DNA of 63,598 bases, counting the filler, from Ministeria vibrans ATCC 50519 (taxonomy: Eukaryota > Protista > Filasterea), in the NCBI GenBank assembly GCA_943704425.1. It is 13 parts of 13 records of this genome, joined end to end, with 100 filler letters (N's around TTAATTAATTAA, not from the genome) between each part and the next. Parts side by side here need not be neighbours in the genome. Positions count along the whole stretch, not along the records: positions 12,529 to 28,909 come from CALSCP010000654.1; 12 more parts are not named here. The stretch is one strand, 5' to 3'. Under the pieces are notes generated by a model. It did no database searches. It saw only the letters and a program-made list of their open reading frames with translations, and was not told the origin of the DNA. Made by a program: the position numbers and the translations under genes. Positions 12,661 to 23,498 of this stretch are shown here, in pieces. The number at the start of each line of letters is the position of its first letter. The stretch's first letter is position 1.

Positions 12661-13517
12661 AAAGAAACACAACCCAAACTGTATTTCACAACAGACACGT
12701 ATAACATCAATACAATAATACCTTCTGGGTTACCAGAGCGATATTTATCGATTTGTTTGCCTTTCGCTGCGTCAAAAAGAATAGAGGCATGTGATATCAT
12801 GGTCATGTTAAGCATCTAACATCACATTCGTTGAAAATTGCGAGTAAACGTACGTCCGGTCGACAAAGGCGCTGCAGCCGGGCAAATATGTTACCCGTAT
12901 CTTGTTGATGAACCTCCTCCGCCTTGGTAGTGGGAAGGATAAGTTTGAACGTTGAGTGCTCGTCTTGAGCAAGAGTGAGTCCCACACGGCCGCGACACAT
13001 CTCAATCGCAGCCATCACACGGCAATCTTTTGTAGCTTACCTGTTTAAGGCAACACACGATTTTCAACTGCAATTGTGAGAATATTATAATGCGTATAAC
13101 GTACTCGAGCGTCAGCCAGCCCACCTGGGTGCGCATTAGAGTGAATATCCTACGCTGATTTTGCTTGGCATGGAGTTCAAACACACGGTGGAGTATGAGA
13201 GGAGTTGCGTCGAAGTTGCGTCGGCAATCTAAAATACTCAAAGGATGAGCCGCGCCGGCCGCAAATACTCGCTGCACATGTGCGCTAGCTGCAGCACTAC
13301 ACATAGCTAATAGCTACGTCTTAACAACTTACCACCGCCGGCACCACATGGGACGCCGTGGGCTCCCCATAGACTGGCGTCACTCGCTCTGTCTTCCACG
13401 ATGCAAAATTGTAATGACAAAGGCGCTGTTGCGCGCGTTGGGCGATGACAGCAGCACCAATATATATATACGACAAGGAAAACGACCCGCACCGGCAAAT
13501 CCCCGTCAAGGCGCTGC

Positions 13518-14453
13518 NNNNNNNNNNNNNNNNNNNNNNNNNNNNNNNNNNNNNNNNNNNNNNNNNNNNNNNNNNNNNNNNNNNNNNNNNNNNNNNNNNN
13601 NNNNNNNNNNNNNNNNNNNNNNNNNNNNNNNNNNNNNNNNNNNNNNNNNNNNNNNNNNNNNNNNNNNNNNNNNNNNNNNNNNNNNNNNNNNNNNNNNNNN
13701 NNNNNNNNNNNNNNNNNNNNNNNNNNNNNNNNNNNNNNNNNNNNNNNNNNNNNNNNNNNNNNNNNNNNNNNNNNNNNNNNNNNNNNNNNNNNNNNNNNNN
13801 NNNNNNNNNNNNNNNNNNNNNNNNNNNNNNNNNNNNNNNNNNNNNNNNNNNNNNNNNNNNNNNNNNNNNNNNNNNNNNNNNNNNNNNNNNNNNNNNNNNN
13901 NNNNNNNNNNNNNNNNNNNNNNNNNNNNNNNNNNNNNNNNNNNNNNNNNNNNNNNNNNNNNNNNNNNNNNNNNNNNNNNNNNNNNNNNNNNNNNNNNNNN
14001 NNNNNNNNNNNNNNNNNNNNNNNNNNNNNNNNNNNNNNNNNNNNNNNNNNNNNNNNNNNNNNNNNNNNNNNNNNNNNNNNNNNNNNNNNNNNNNNNNNNN
14101 NNNNNNNNNNNNNNNNNNNNNNNNNNNNNNNNNNNNNNNNNNNNNNNNNNNNNNNNNNNNNNNNNNNNNNNNNNNNNNNNNNNNNNNNNNNNNNNNNNNN
14201 NNNNNNNNNNNNNNNNNNNNNNNNNNNNNNNNNNNNNNNNNNNNNNNNNNNNNNNNNNNNNNNNNNNNNNNNNNNNNNNNNNNNNNNNNNNNNNNNNNNN
14301 NNNNNNNNNNNNNNNNNNNNNNNNNNNNNNNNNNNNNNNNNNNNNNNNNNNNNNNNNNNNNNNNNNNNNNNNNNNNNNNNNNNNNNNNNNNNNNNNNNNN
14401 NNNNNNNNNNNNNNNNNNNNNNNNNNNNNNNNNNNNNNNNNNNNNNNNNNNNN
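13518..14453. other. Scaffold gap (N run) followed by (TA)n
   Basis: N run without linker. Confidence 0.97.
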
Positions 14454-14499
<46 letters not shown>

Positions 14500-15310
14500 A
14501 CAACCTGGACACCCGAGACATCGAGTGGTGTCTGTTGCGGAAGGCGTGCCGTCACTGAGGCAGAGGCGGAGTTCGTCGCGAGCCTGGCGGGTGGATACAG
14601 TGAAGGGGTGGGAGTCGCCGAGTGCACGTTAGCGGATGGTCAGAGCACGCTCGTAGTACACTCACGGCAACGGCAGGAGGACAGACAACAGCCAAGGAGG
14701 ACACTGGCGAGAGAGACGTCCTTTCGGTCGCGCCACCCGCAGCCGCAACGAAGACCATTCACTCTGATCATCTCAGGCAGACAGAGACTCACGGCAACGG
14801 CAGGAGGACAGATCTTTTACTGTTACTGTGAAGTTACTGTTCACTGCTCGTCACCCAGAAGACCAGATGATACGCGCTCCTCTTGTTCGTGCATGAGCAG
14901 CGACACGTTCTGCGGCGTTACCGACGCTGGACGACACATTATCTAACTCGACCGACACTGGGTGATAAAGTGGATAGGCTGGCACGACTGCGAATGGGAC
15001 TCCGAATAAGATATCAATACAACGACTGAGATCGAATTTGTCTTCATTTTCAATTTCTTTACCTATCGTCGCAATTATTACTCATATTTGTCCTAACTCC
15101 TAACCTAGACCTGAAGTAAGATGAGGGGTGCTTTTTGTTTTTAGTGATGTTGAAATATATTCGGCCGTCGACAATCGCCAGCACAATGAGTACTTTGCCC
15201 TGCAATCTGTAGGTGTGAAGGTTTTGTCCAGTCTCGCTGTTTAGTGTGGTGCTGAAGAGCGATCGCGGGAGGGGGGGCAGAAACATCAACTCCATTTTTT
15301 ATTGCAGATT

Positions 15311-17596
15311 ATGGCTCTTGCGACCTTCTCTGAAAAACACATCCGGCCGCTGCTGCAGCTCAATGACCAGCTGCGCAAGCTGTCCAGCGACGAAAAAGAC
15401 ATCAACGTGACGTCGATCGTCGCTGTTGGTGATCAGAGCCATGGCAAAACTTCGGCGCTAGAGGCGCTAAGTGGAGTTGATTTGCCGCGCGGTGAGGGCA
15501 TCAAGACGCGAGTGCCGCTCGTGCTTATGCTTCGCACCTGCCCCACGAGCGAACAGGAGCATGCCCTCATCAAGGGCGATGGACTGGAAAAGCGCATCGA
15601 GCTGAGTGACATTGCGCGCGAGGTTGAGGCGAGCACCGAGCAACTCGCGGGCAGCAGCAAAAACGTGGTGGACAAGCCACTCGAGCTCACCGTGTTCCGC
15701 CATGAGCAAGACGACCTCACACTGATTGATCTGCCCGGTATGACACGCGTTGCGGTTGGCGGACAGAGCGAGGACATCGAGGAGACCATCACAAAGATGT
15801 ACCGCCGCTACATGACGCCACCCGAGGCGGTGCTGCTCAACGTCGTCTCGGCGATGGTCGACGTGTCCACGAGCAAGTCACTGAAAATGTCGCGCGAACT
15901 TGACGCCGCCGGCACCCGCACGCTACTCTGCTTCACCAAAGTCGACCAGCACGCCGAGCACGGCCTGCACAAGAAGATCCGCAGCGCGTCCGAGCAACTC
16001 CAATGCCCCGTCTTCTGCGTGCGCAACCGCAGTCAGGCGGAAAACGACGAGGAGCTGAGTCTCGATGAGGCACGTGAGCGTGAGCGTGCCTTCTTCGCAG
16101 GCCACGACGAGCTTGGCGAGCTCCCCGAAGACGAAGTGGGTGTCGCAGCACTCTCACGCAAGCTCGTGGCGCTGCAGTCGGAGCGTATCCGTGAGACACT
16201 GTTCAACACACGTCCCAAGATCAAACAGCGTGTCAGCGACCTCGAAAAGGAACTCGCTGCGTTTGGTGAGCAGCCAGACTCTGAGTCGTCAGCGCGAGCT
16301 GTCTTCAATGCGCGCCTGCAGGCGAGCACACAAGCACTGGCGGCCGAGCTCGACGGGCGAACGCAGACGAACGTTGTGGACGATGCGTTTGGCCACCAGG
16401 TGGGAACCATCTCAGTGTCACAGCAGATTAACCGTCAGTCGCTGAAAGAGTCTCACCCCAAGGGAATGGACTATAAGGGCAACACAATCACTTTGAAAGC
16501 GGGCCCTTACTTGGTAGTGGCACTAGAGACGGGAACGTCCGCGCTCGAGTTATCACTCCATTTTCGCTGCTCCAAACCCGGTACATCTGTCTATGACGGT
16601 GTCGAATCGTGTATCTTTTTTTCCGAGACAAATCCTTTCCGGTTGGCCGCTTTATCCTGCCCTTTCAGTACCAGCTATTGCACTCTTGAGATCACAGTCA
16701 CCGTCTTGAGCCACACGAAAAAGAGCCTCGCGAGCACTGACGCCATGCTCTGCGCAACACTCGGTGCCTGTGACGAACAATTTACCAGCACCTTGTCTAC
16801 ATGCTACACCGGCGGTTTCTTCTTCTCCGCAGGCTTTCGCGGCCAGGTCCAAAAGGAGGTGTGGGCGCGGCAGGGAGCTGCGGGTCTGCCGGGCAGCATT
16901 GTGCCTGAAGTACCACTAGCCATTATCCGCCAGCTGCACACACCGCTCAAGGGCTACGTCCACAGTCACGTTGCCCGCGTCACTGAGGCCGTCAAGGCCG
17001 CCATCGCTCGCTTGCTTGTGGAGCCCTTCCAGGACGTACCGCAGCTGCATCGCATTGTCAGCAGCACCGTTGACGAGTTCATAGAGACGCAGCAGGAGAT
17101 GGCGACGCAGCGCACTGCCGACCTGCTCGACTGGGAGTCCACCGTGCTCACCCGCAACCACTACTTCATGGACACAGTGCAGAGCATGCGCAAGCATCTC
17201 CTTGAAACACCCAGAGAGGGCCAAGAAGAAGAAACCTCCAAGCGCTTTGCCTTCCTCAGTCGTCAGCTTGCAGAGCTGCGCGCCATGAGCAATGATCAGC
17301 AACGTATCGTTGACCTTCAAATTGAGATTTACGCGTACTGGAAGACGATGCGGAAGCGCCTGATTGACTATGTGGCTCTTGCGACACGCACGTACATTGC
17401 ACGCTATCCCATCACCGACGGCCATCTACGACGCGTCGTGGAGCAGGCGGTTGAAGACGCAGCCCGGAGAGACGGCTCGCCTGGCCTCATGACACTGATG
17501 AGCGCGCGACCTGATCAGCGCCTCAAGTACGACGGGTTAAAGGGACGACTGAAGAATCTCACTGAGGCTATGCGACTGCTCAACGAGCACTGCTGA
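15311..17596 (+). CDS. Mx-like (DRP4-like) dynamin-family GTPase, intronless
   Basis: Mx-type N-terminal helix EKHIRPLLQLNDQLR, G1 VGDQSHGKTS, LPRGEGIKTRVPL, G3 LIDLPG, G4 TKVD, VRNRSQ, stalk GLPG, GED YAYWKTMRKRLID; no PH or proline-rich domain. Confidence 0.9.
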   Translation: MALATFSEKHIRPLLQLNDQLRKLSSDEKDINVTSIVAVGDQSHGKTSALEALSGVDLPRGEGIKTRVPLVLMLRTCPTSEQEHALIKGDGLEKRIELSDIAREVEASTEQLAGSSKNVVDKPLELTVFRHEQDDLTLIDLPGMTRVAVGGQSEDIEETITKMYRRYMTPPEAVLLNVVSAMVDVSTSKSLKMSRELDAAGTRTLLCFTKVDQHAEHGLHKKIRSASEQLQCPVFCVRNRSQAENDEELSLDEARERERAFFAGHDELGELPEDEVGVAALSRKLVALQSERIRETLFNTRPKIKQRVSDLEKELAAFGEQPDSESSARAVFNARLQASTQALAAELDGRTQTNVVDDAFGHQVGTISVSQQINRQSLKESHPKGMDYKGNTITLKAGPYLVVALETGTSALELSLHFRCSKPGTSVYDGVESCIFFSETNPFRLAALSCPFSTSYCTLEITVTVLSHTKKSLASTDAMLCATLGACDEQFTSTLSTCYTGGFFFSAGFRGQVQKEVWARQGAAGLPGSIVPEVPLAIIRQLHTPLKGYVHSHVARVTEAVKAAIARLLVEPFQDVPQLHRIVSSTVDEFIETQQEMATQRTADLLDWESTVLTRNHYFMDTVQSMRKHLLETPREGQEEETSKRFAFLSRQLAELRAMSNDQQRIVDLQIEIYAYWKTMRKRLIDYVALATRTYIARYPITDGHLRRVVEQAVEDAARRDGSPGLMTLMSARPDQRLKYDGLKGRLKNLTEAMRLLNEHC

Positions 17597-19065
17597 ACAA
17601 AACACGAGAGAGAGAGAGAATGTAGAGAGAGTGGGGATTTTGATAACCATCCATTTTGTGATTTTAAGTGTGTGCTTCTTCGTCGACGAGAACCAGCTCA
17701 CAGTGACATTGACAGAGGCTACAAGCCCGCTACATGCGAGTACTGAGGGTTTCATGAAAATCAGGGATGGAAGTTGTTGAAGCGTTGCGAATGCTGTTTC
17801 GGTGGCAGTGGTCGGGGCTGGTGTGTCGTTGGAGGCGTTGCGGCTGCCTTGTTGGTGTGCTAAACGAGAAAACAACAACCTTAGTGAGGAGACGGGATAA
17901 GGAAACTCATGAGTTTAGTTCTCTCGCTCATCAGTCAGTCTCACCTCCCTGAGGTCACAAGAAGAATACAAGCCATAAAAATATATTTTGGCATTATAAA
18001 AACTATTTCGTGGGTCCCACAACTGATTGCTCTGTCTGAGTTGATCTCGCCCTACCAAATAAAATGGTCAGACAGGTCAGTCGGTTCGACAGCTTCGACT
18101 GTTCCCAACTTTCCCGTGATACTAATTATGATCAAACAGGAGTGAGGAGTTCACTTTTATTTTGCTCTTTTCTCAAAGTAAGTCAACGGTCAAGATTTCT
18201 ACTTGTATTGGGTTATGGGTAATGGGGGTGCGCTGGACCTGGGGAGTATCGTCACTCACTATCGTGAATCGTGAAGTAATGATGGGGAGTTGGGAGGTCT
18301 TTAAGATGATTGTAAGTAAAAACAACTGAAACCTGAAGAAATGCCGATTGATATTAATTCTATTGTACTCCTCAAAAAGGCGACGTGTCGTTTGAATTTG
18401 ACGACGCCAGCCCACCAACCTCAAAAATTGATTCGACAAACCCTTGACTTTTCATCTCGTTTCCCTTCTTGTGCTTGTCATGCATTAAGAAGGCTACCAA
18501 AACAAACTCGTAGGTCAGCGATCTCATTTAATCAGTTTTTCCTAAGCACGAAAATCCTACAACTCTACCACCGCTACAGTAAGTCACAAATGTTTCAATA
18601 GAGGGTTGAGTGCGTTCGTTCGTGGGGGTGGGCGGGGGCGCGCATGCACGATCTCTCATTGACCGTGACAAAAATTCCAAAAAAAATCGTGAATTTGTTT
18701 CTGTGAAATCTCACACCTCTCAACGCTCGCAGTCAGTCACCGATGCGTCACGGGGCTATGTGTGTTAGTTTACGGGGGTTGGGGATGTGTGGCGCGCTTG
18801 CGCGCGGTTGGGTGGGGATCTACGGTCTCATGACGTGACGAGAAAATATTTTTGGTGACGCAGACAGTTGTCCAATTTATCTTGTCGCTCGATGGTTTGC
18901 AGATTCGTATGTAGGCGTTGCTGCTTTTCCTCTCGAGCGAGGAAGTCTGTAAAATGGGTTTCGTTTTTATAAAACCCGCGTGGGGCGCAGGTGTGGGCCG
19001 TTTTCTTGATCTCTTTCGTGTCTTAAAACTGACTTTTACCTCTTTTTTTTTCTCACACCCAGCCC

Positions 19066-19563
19066 ATGATCTGTGTCGTATTCGTCTTCGCTGTGCTCAT
19101 CGTAGGAGCTGTTGCACCTGGTGCTAGTGGGCCCCTCGTCGGCGCATCGCGATGCCAAATGGAGCTCTATTGCACTGGTTCAGGGGGTGGCGACTGCAAT
19201 GTGATCACTACAGGAGTCAACAATGCGAATTCGCCTCAGTACCTTCGCTGCCAAAAAACTGCTCTTGGTACAGACTATGCTTTCTTCTCCCTGGACGTCA
19301 TGGTCAGCACTCTAAGCTGTGGCGGAAACGGAGAAGAGCTCACTGCGAGTGTTGCTCCCGACGCAAACGAGTCGAATTGGTTTACGGTGAAGACACGCCG
19401 TTGGAATGATGAGAACAGTCAAACAAACGACGACATCAGCTGCACCTTTCAGCAGGACAATGTTGATGTGGTCGGAGGAGATGTGGCGACCAAGGCCGGC
19501 GTGACATGCACCGTGCTCAAGATTAAGGACGACGCCAACCTCGCTAATGGTGCTGCCTGCTGA
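19066..19563 (+). CDS. Small secreted Cys-containing protein, function unknown
   Basis: 165-aa ORF, hydrophobic N-terminus, 8 Cys in the mature part, coding-like composition. Confidence 0.65.
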   Translation: MICVVFVFAVLIVGAVAPGASGPLVGASRCQMELYCTGSGGGDCNVITTGVNNANSPQYLRCQKTALGTDYAFFSLDVMVSTLSCGGNGEELTASVAPDANESNWFTVKTRRWNDENSQTNDDISCTFQQDNVDVVGGDVATKAGVTCTVLKIKDDANLANGAAC

Positions 19564-19809
19564 GCACTCCTGTGGTTGTTCCAATTTATTTCCAATCACA
19601 GTACACAGTGTTTCCCGTTACTTCAATGACTCAATCATCACTACTCATAAAAAAGAAACAATTTCTGACTGAATCGTCACTCGTCAGTGCGTCGTCTCTC
19701 GCCAACTCAAGTCGCGAACCGTAATAATACATGTAATTGTGAACTGAGATGCTTCACAGAGCATACGCACGCAGTTGTTGTTTCGTTGACATCTTTTGCT
19801 TTCTCTCAG

Positions 19810-19913
19810 GTCACACACATGTCTTCCATGTTCCTTCCATGTTCAATTTTGCCCCTACGTTTAATCAAGATCTCTCTTCGTGGTGTGTCGACAATATTGG
19901 CTCCAAGCATTGA
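19810..19913 (+). pseudogene. Orphan BspA/DUF285 repeat exon with frameshift
   Basis: Polypyrimidine-CAG acceptor, then VTHMSSMF, an 11-nt duplication, NFAPTFNQDLSSWCVDNIGSK; 27 nt (19863-19889) identical to 62712-62738. Confidence 0.85.
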
Positions 19914-19993
19914 TTTATTACTGGAAACTTAATGTTCCAAATCACTCAGATACATCTTTTTTGATCATACTCTCTCTCTCTACGTCTCTCTTC

Positions 19994-20302
19994 TCACTCC
20001 TCACTCTCACTCGTAAAAGACGCCCATGCAGGGCTGGTCAGGCGGCTCGGGCGGCGATCGCCACAAAGCATCTCACTGAGGCCAATGATTGCCATGCAAA
20101 CGGACGCTGTTGTGTCTTTGTTGAGGACACACTTGTCGCATCCGTGTGTGTGGGAGCAGCTGGGGCACACCTTGTAGCGATACTGCCGTCGCTTTTTGTG
20201 CGTCAGGCCGGTGTGCTGACTGAGGGGACCAAGGCAAGACGGGCAGGTGCGACTGGTGTAGTACTCGTCAACAAGGATCACAAGGAATCTCTTGCACATT
20301 GC
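19994..20302 (-). mobile_element. Fanzor/TnpB-like nuclease C-terminal remnant (RuvC-II, Zn ribbon, RuvC-III)
   Basis: KRFLVILVDEYYTSRTCPSC...YRYKVCPSC...LNKDTTASVCMAIIG...RRP; no RuvC-I or N-terminal region recognisable upstream. Confidence 0.8.
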
Positions 20303-21110
20303 CTAAAACTGTGCACAGTTTCTCTTCCAGCAACTTCACGTCCTCGCCTCTCTCTCTCGCATTCTTGGCCTGCGTCTCCAAGGCCCCGATGATGCGCTGC
20401 AACTGAGCGATATCGGCCGCCTGTTGCTCAATGGCTAAAGGGCGAAAGAGGTATGGTAAGGCTAAAATCACAAGGCCACACATTACTGTCATGGCGCTAA
20501 TGTGTTCCCCGTGTCGAGCGCGAATGAACGAACGACGTTGTTGGTTGATGGTGTCAGATAAAAAGCGAACCTTTCGTCCGTTCGATCTCCTTCTCCATGC
20601 TTGCTCGATTCCTACTGCGGCATCCTCTCTTCATCTGCTTCTCCTCTGACTGGAAGGCAGTGCCTCTCAGACAGATGCAGTCATTCTCCGCGTCCCTCAC
20701 CGACTCGCTGTACGAGCTTGTGCGTCTGCGCTACGGAGAGCACTGGTGTCGTCGACCGAGGCTAACCAACCGCATGCTCACGCGGACCCAGTCGCACCCT
20801 CGCGAGACAGTGGTTGTACGACGCGGTGGCGGAGAGATCGAGTTCTTCGTGCTGCTGCATGTGGCGATGGAGCTACCCAGGAACTACCCACACTCGAGAT
20901 AGTCCACCGCACTCGGCACAGACACAAGCGCTATTGCGACCTGCGCACACGCTTGCGATCTATTTAATCCATTAGGGTCGAGCATGCGACCAAGACAATC
21001 GTTGACCTGTGCAACAAGAGCTCGGTCCTCGATTATACTATGTTTCGTGAGTGGCGCAAGATTGATCGACAAATCCTTACTCCAGTCTTTGTATAAACGC
21101 GCTTTTCTCT
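20303..21110 (-). pseudogene. Degenerate intron-containing coiled-coil gene fragment abutting the Fanzor remnant
   Basis: SMEKEIERTK|GT..AG|AIEQQAADIAQLQRIIGALETQAK; in-frame stops upstream. Confidence 0.35.
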
Positions 21111-21176
21111 TGCGTTATTCCTTGCACTTTGTCGTGTCTTGCGACGTCCAGGGTGTCCAGGGTGTCCAGGTCAACA

Positions 21177-22848
21177 TCAAAAGCACTTGAGCGTCTCAAC
21201 CGAATGTATATCTTCCGCACTAATCACAAACAATTCTTAATCGATATTCTTAATCCACAATCCACCCTTTCACCTCGTACGTCATTGGCTCAATATACTG
21301 CGCCAGCGCATTCCGATGGTACTCCTGATACTTCTGTGGAATGAATCTGTTTGGACGGGGATAGTACCGCAAACACGGTCCTTCGACATTGTACTGAAGA
21401 AACGGAACTAAATGAGGGTACTAAACACAAACACAAAAGTAAATATAATTAATATTATTATTCAGTCAATCATCAGATTCATTAAGACGTGCTTTACTCA
21501 CCAGTTTTTCAATGAAACCTCTCAGTGGACTGCGCTGAATCCCATAAATGGACGCAAAGGCAGTTTTGAGGGGCAAGTGAGACAGAGTGTCGGTGACAGT
21601 GGGACTCAGTAGCTCTGTAAGTTTAGTAAACCCTCTGCCCAATAATCCATTTTTTCGGAAACACTGTATAAATAAATCCAATCAAGTCAGAATGGCGCAT
21701 TCAAAAATATGATTATAAGTTCTCTACTCTTGACACATGTAAGAAAGAAAAATGAACCTTACTTTGTAACATTTGCCGCAACCCTTTCCTTTGATGGGAC
21801 TGCGCAAACACGAGTTGATGTGATTGGTGAGACCCGCCTGCCGAGCAATTGCCATGTTCGCCACTTCCGAGATGCCACTCACCTGATGAATACATCAGTC
21901 ATTTTTCTCCTCTCTCTCTCTCATGAATCTATTTACTGGATTGTAGAAGGGCAAAATGGTGTCAAACACCTTCCATTGTTTGAAATGTGCCGACTCGTCA
22001 AACACTCTGTAACGGCCTGAGTGACGGTATGTGGTTTCAAGGCTCATACCTGAGCCAATACTGTCCAGATTGAGGTGATCGGCCATCAGAAGAAGTGGGA
22101 CCTAAAAGGAAAATAACAGTCCCCTCAGTCTCTTCCTTGGCGTTGATACCATCATGTGATAGTCGCTGGTGAATCCAGGGTGTTGCAACGGCCAATGATC
22201 GTGCCGTAGCAGCTCGGAGTTGGTCGGGACTTGCAGAACGGGCCGACCAAGACGCGCCATCTCGTCAAATAGCATTTCTGGGTTAGCATGGTACATTGTT
22301 GAGTCGAATCCAGTGCGACGAAGATACACGAGCGCCGTAGTGTTGGGCATCAGGACCATTGCAGACGCGGCGTCGAATCCTCCCGAGAAGGCCAGGCCGG
22401 GACGACTGTATGCGTGAGTGTACAGTCGTCAGTCAGCACGATTTTTGTTGATGAATACACATCCTTACCTTCCTGGTCTCGGCTTTCGATCGCCTCGTCT
22501 CTTCGTGCGCTTTATCGTGTCATCCCACGGACACAGTATGTAGTGGGCCAACCAGAGGAGGTCGACGTGGGTGTCTGCGAGACGGTAGTCATCGGGCATG
22601 TCGAACAAATAGCGTGTCGCGTTTGCACTCGGCCTGAACCACACACGGCTGCCTTCTTGCGACCAATAGTCCCACGGCGGGTATGTATTCAAAGAGCGCT
22701 GACGATGTGGCTTGGGTGGCTTGGGTGCAGAGGGCTCTGTGGGCGGAGAAGACTGGGCCACAGATGGAGAAAAGGAAATTAGAAGAACGGTCGTTGCAGT
22801 GAAGAGGAGCAACAGTGCCAACACGGATCGAAGACGCTGACGAACCAT
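21177..22848 (-). CDS. DUF6395-like (PP-loop-type) protein with N-terminal signal anchor, multi-exon
   Basis: Spliced: RPGLAFSGGFDAASAMVLMP, VLQVPTNSELLR, GFTSDY, LLLMADHLNLDSIGSG, VSGISEV, SCLRSPIKGKGCGKCYK|CFRKN; TM segment and Pro-rich stem at the N-terminus. Confidence 0.7.
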
Positions 22849-23498
22849 TTTAGCATTAAGAAGGGAGGTCGGTGACTCAAAAAGGCCAAATAAAATAAAT
22901 CCAAATGTGAGGTAAATAATAGTCACTCAGGTAATGCTTGGTCCAGACAACTCACGTACAGCTACTTCATTCATCAGGATGGTTGCGAATAACTTGCGAT
23001 GTGTGTTCAAATCTGTTTGAGCCTCTGTGCAAAAGAAAGCGAGAAAAAGTCATTACGTTGTAATGTATAGTAACAACCCTATTATATTCTATATTTCTTG
23101 TGCTGAAAACTTCAGCAATCTTTGAGTCGATCTGTGCCATCTGTCACTCGTCGTAACTCAATGCGCTCCGATTATTTTTAAAACTGTATAAAACTGAAAC
23201 TCGAAGTTGTTTTACGTTTGAAAAGACAGAATTCGATCCCTTCCCTCTTCTTGATCCTTTCTAGTTTCTTGTGTGGCTTCTGCGTTCTGTGGGTGTGTAG
23301 AAGAATCATTTAATCAAAAAGGTAGGTATGGGAAAGAAATAACCTACTTGTCTTTCCTTTCCCTCCCATTTGATCGACAGTAGTTTCAGACCCAAAATTT
23401 TAAAAAGATCCAAATATTAATAGTTAATTGTTAACAATAGTTACTTCACCCTCGTTCCTCTCGTACCCTTTAATTGGGATTACTTTCATTACTGGCTG

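Noticed and set aside
12680-13517. Short ORFs as a gene or transposase
   Set aside because: No recognisable motif or consistent exon chain
14660-14812. 26-bp direct repeat ACTCACGGCAACGGCAGGAGGACAGA as a CRISPR-like array
   Set aside because: Only two copies about 100 nt apart, eukaryotic context, no cas genes; a local duplication
13307-14946. Long ORFs spanning N gaps (also 46144-47075)
   Set aside because: Artefacts of translating Ns and microsatellites
19914-19993. Fanzor omegaRNA immediately 3' of the remnant
   Set aside because: Only ~80 nt of GA-rich sequence with one weak hairpin before the DUF285 exon; it cannot be supported without multi-copy alignment
14499-21168. 22/26 inverted match (GGACAACCTGGACACCCGAGACATCG at ~14499 versus ~21143-21168) as TIRs enclosing the Mx-like gene and Fanzor remnant
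   Set aside because: One arm is a 9-bp tandem repeat, no target-site duplication is visible, and a match of this quality is roughly expected by chance in a window this size
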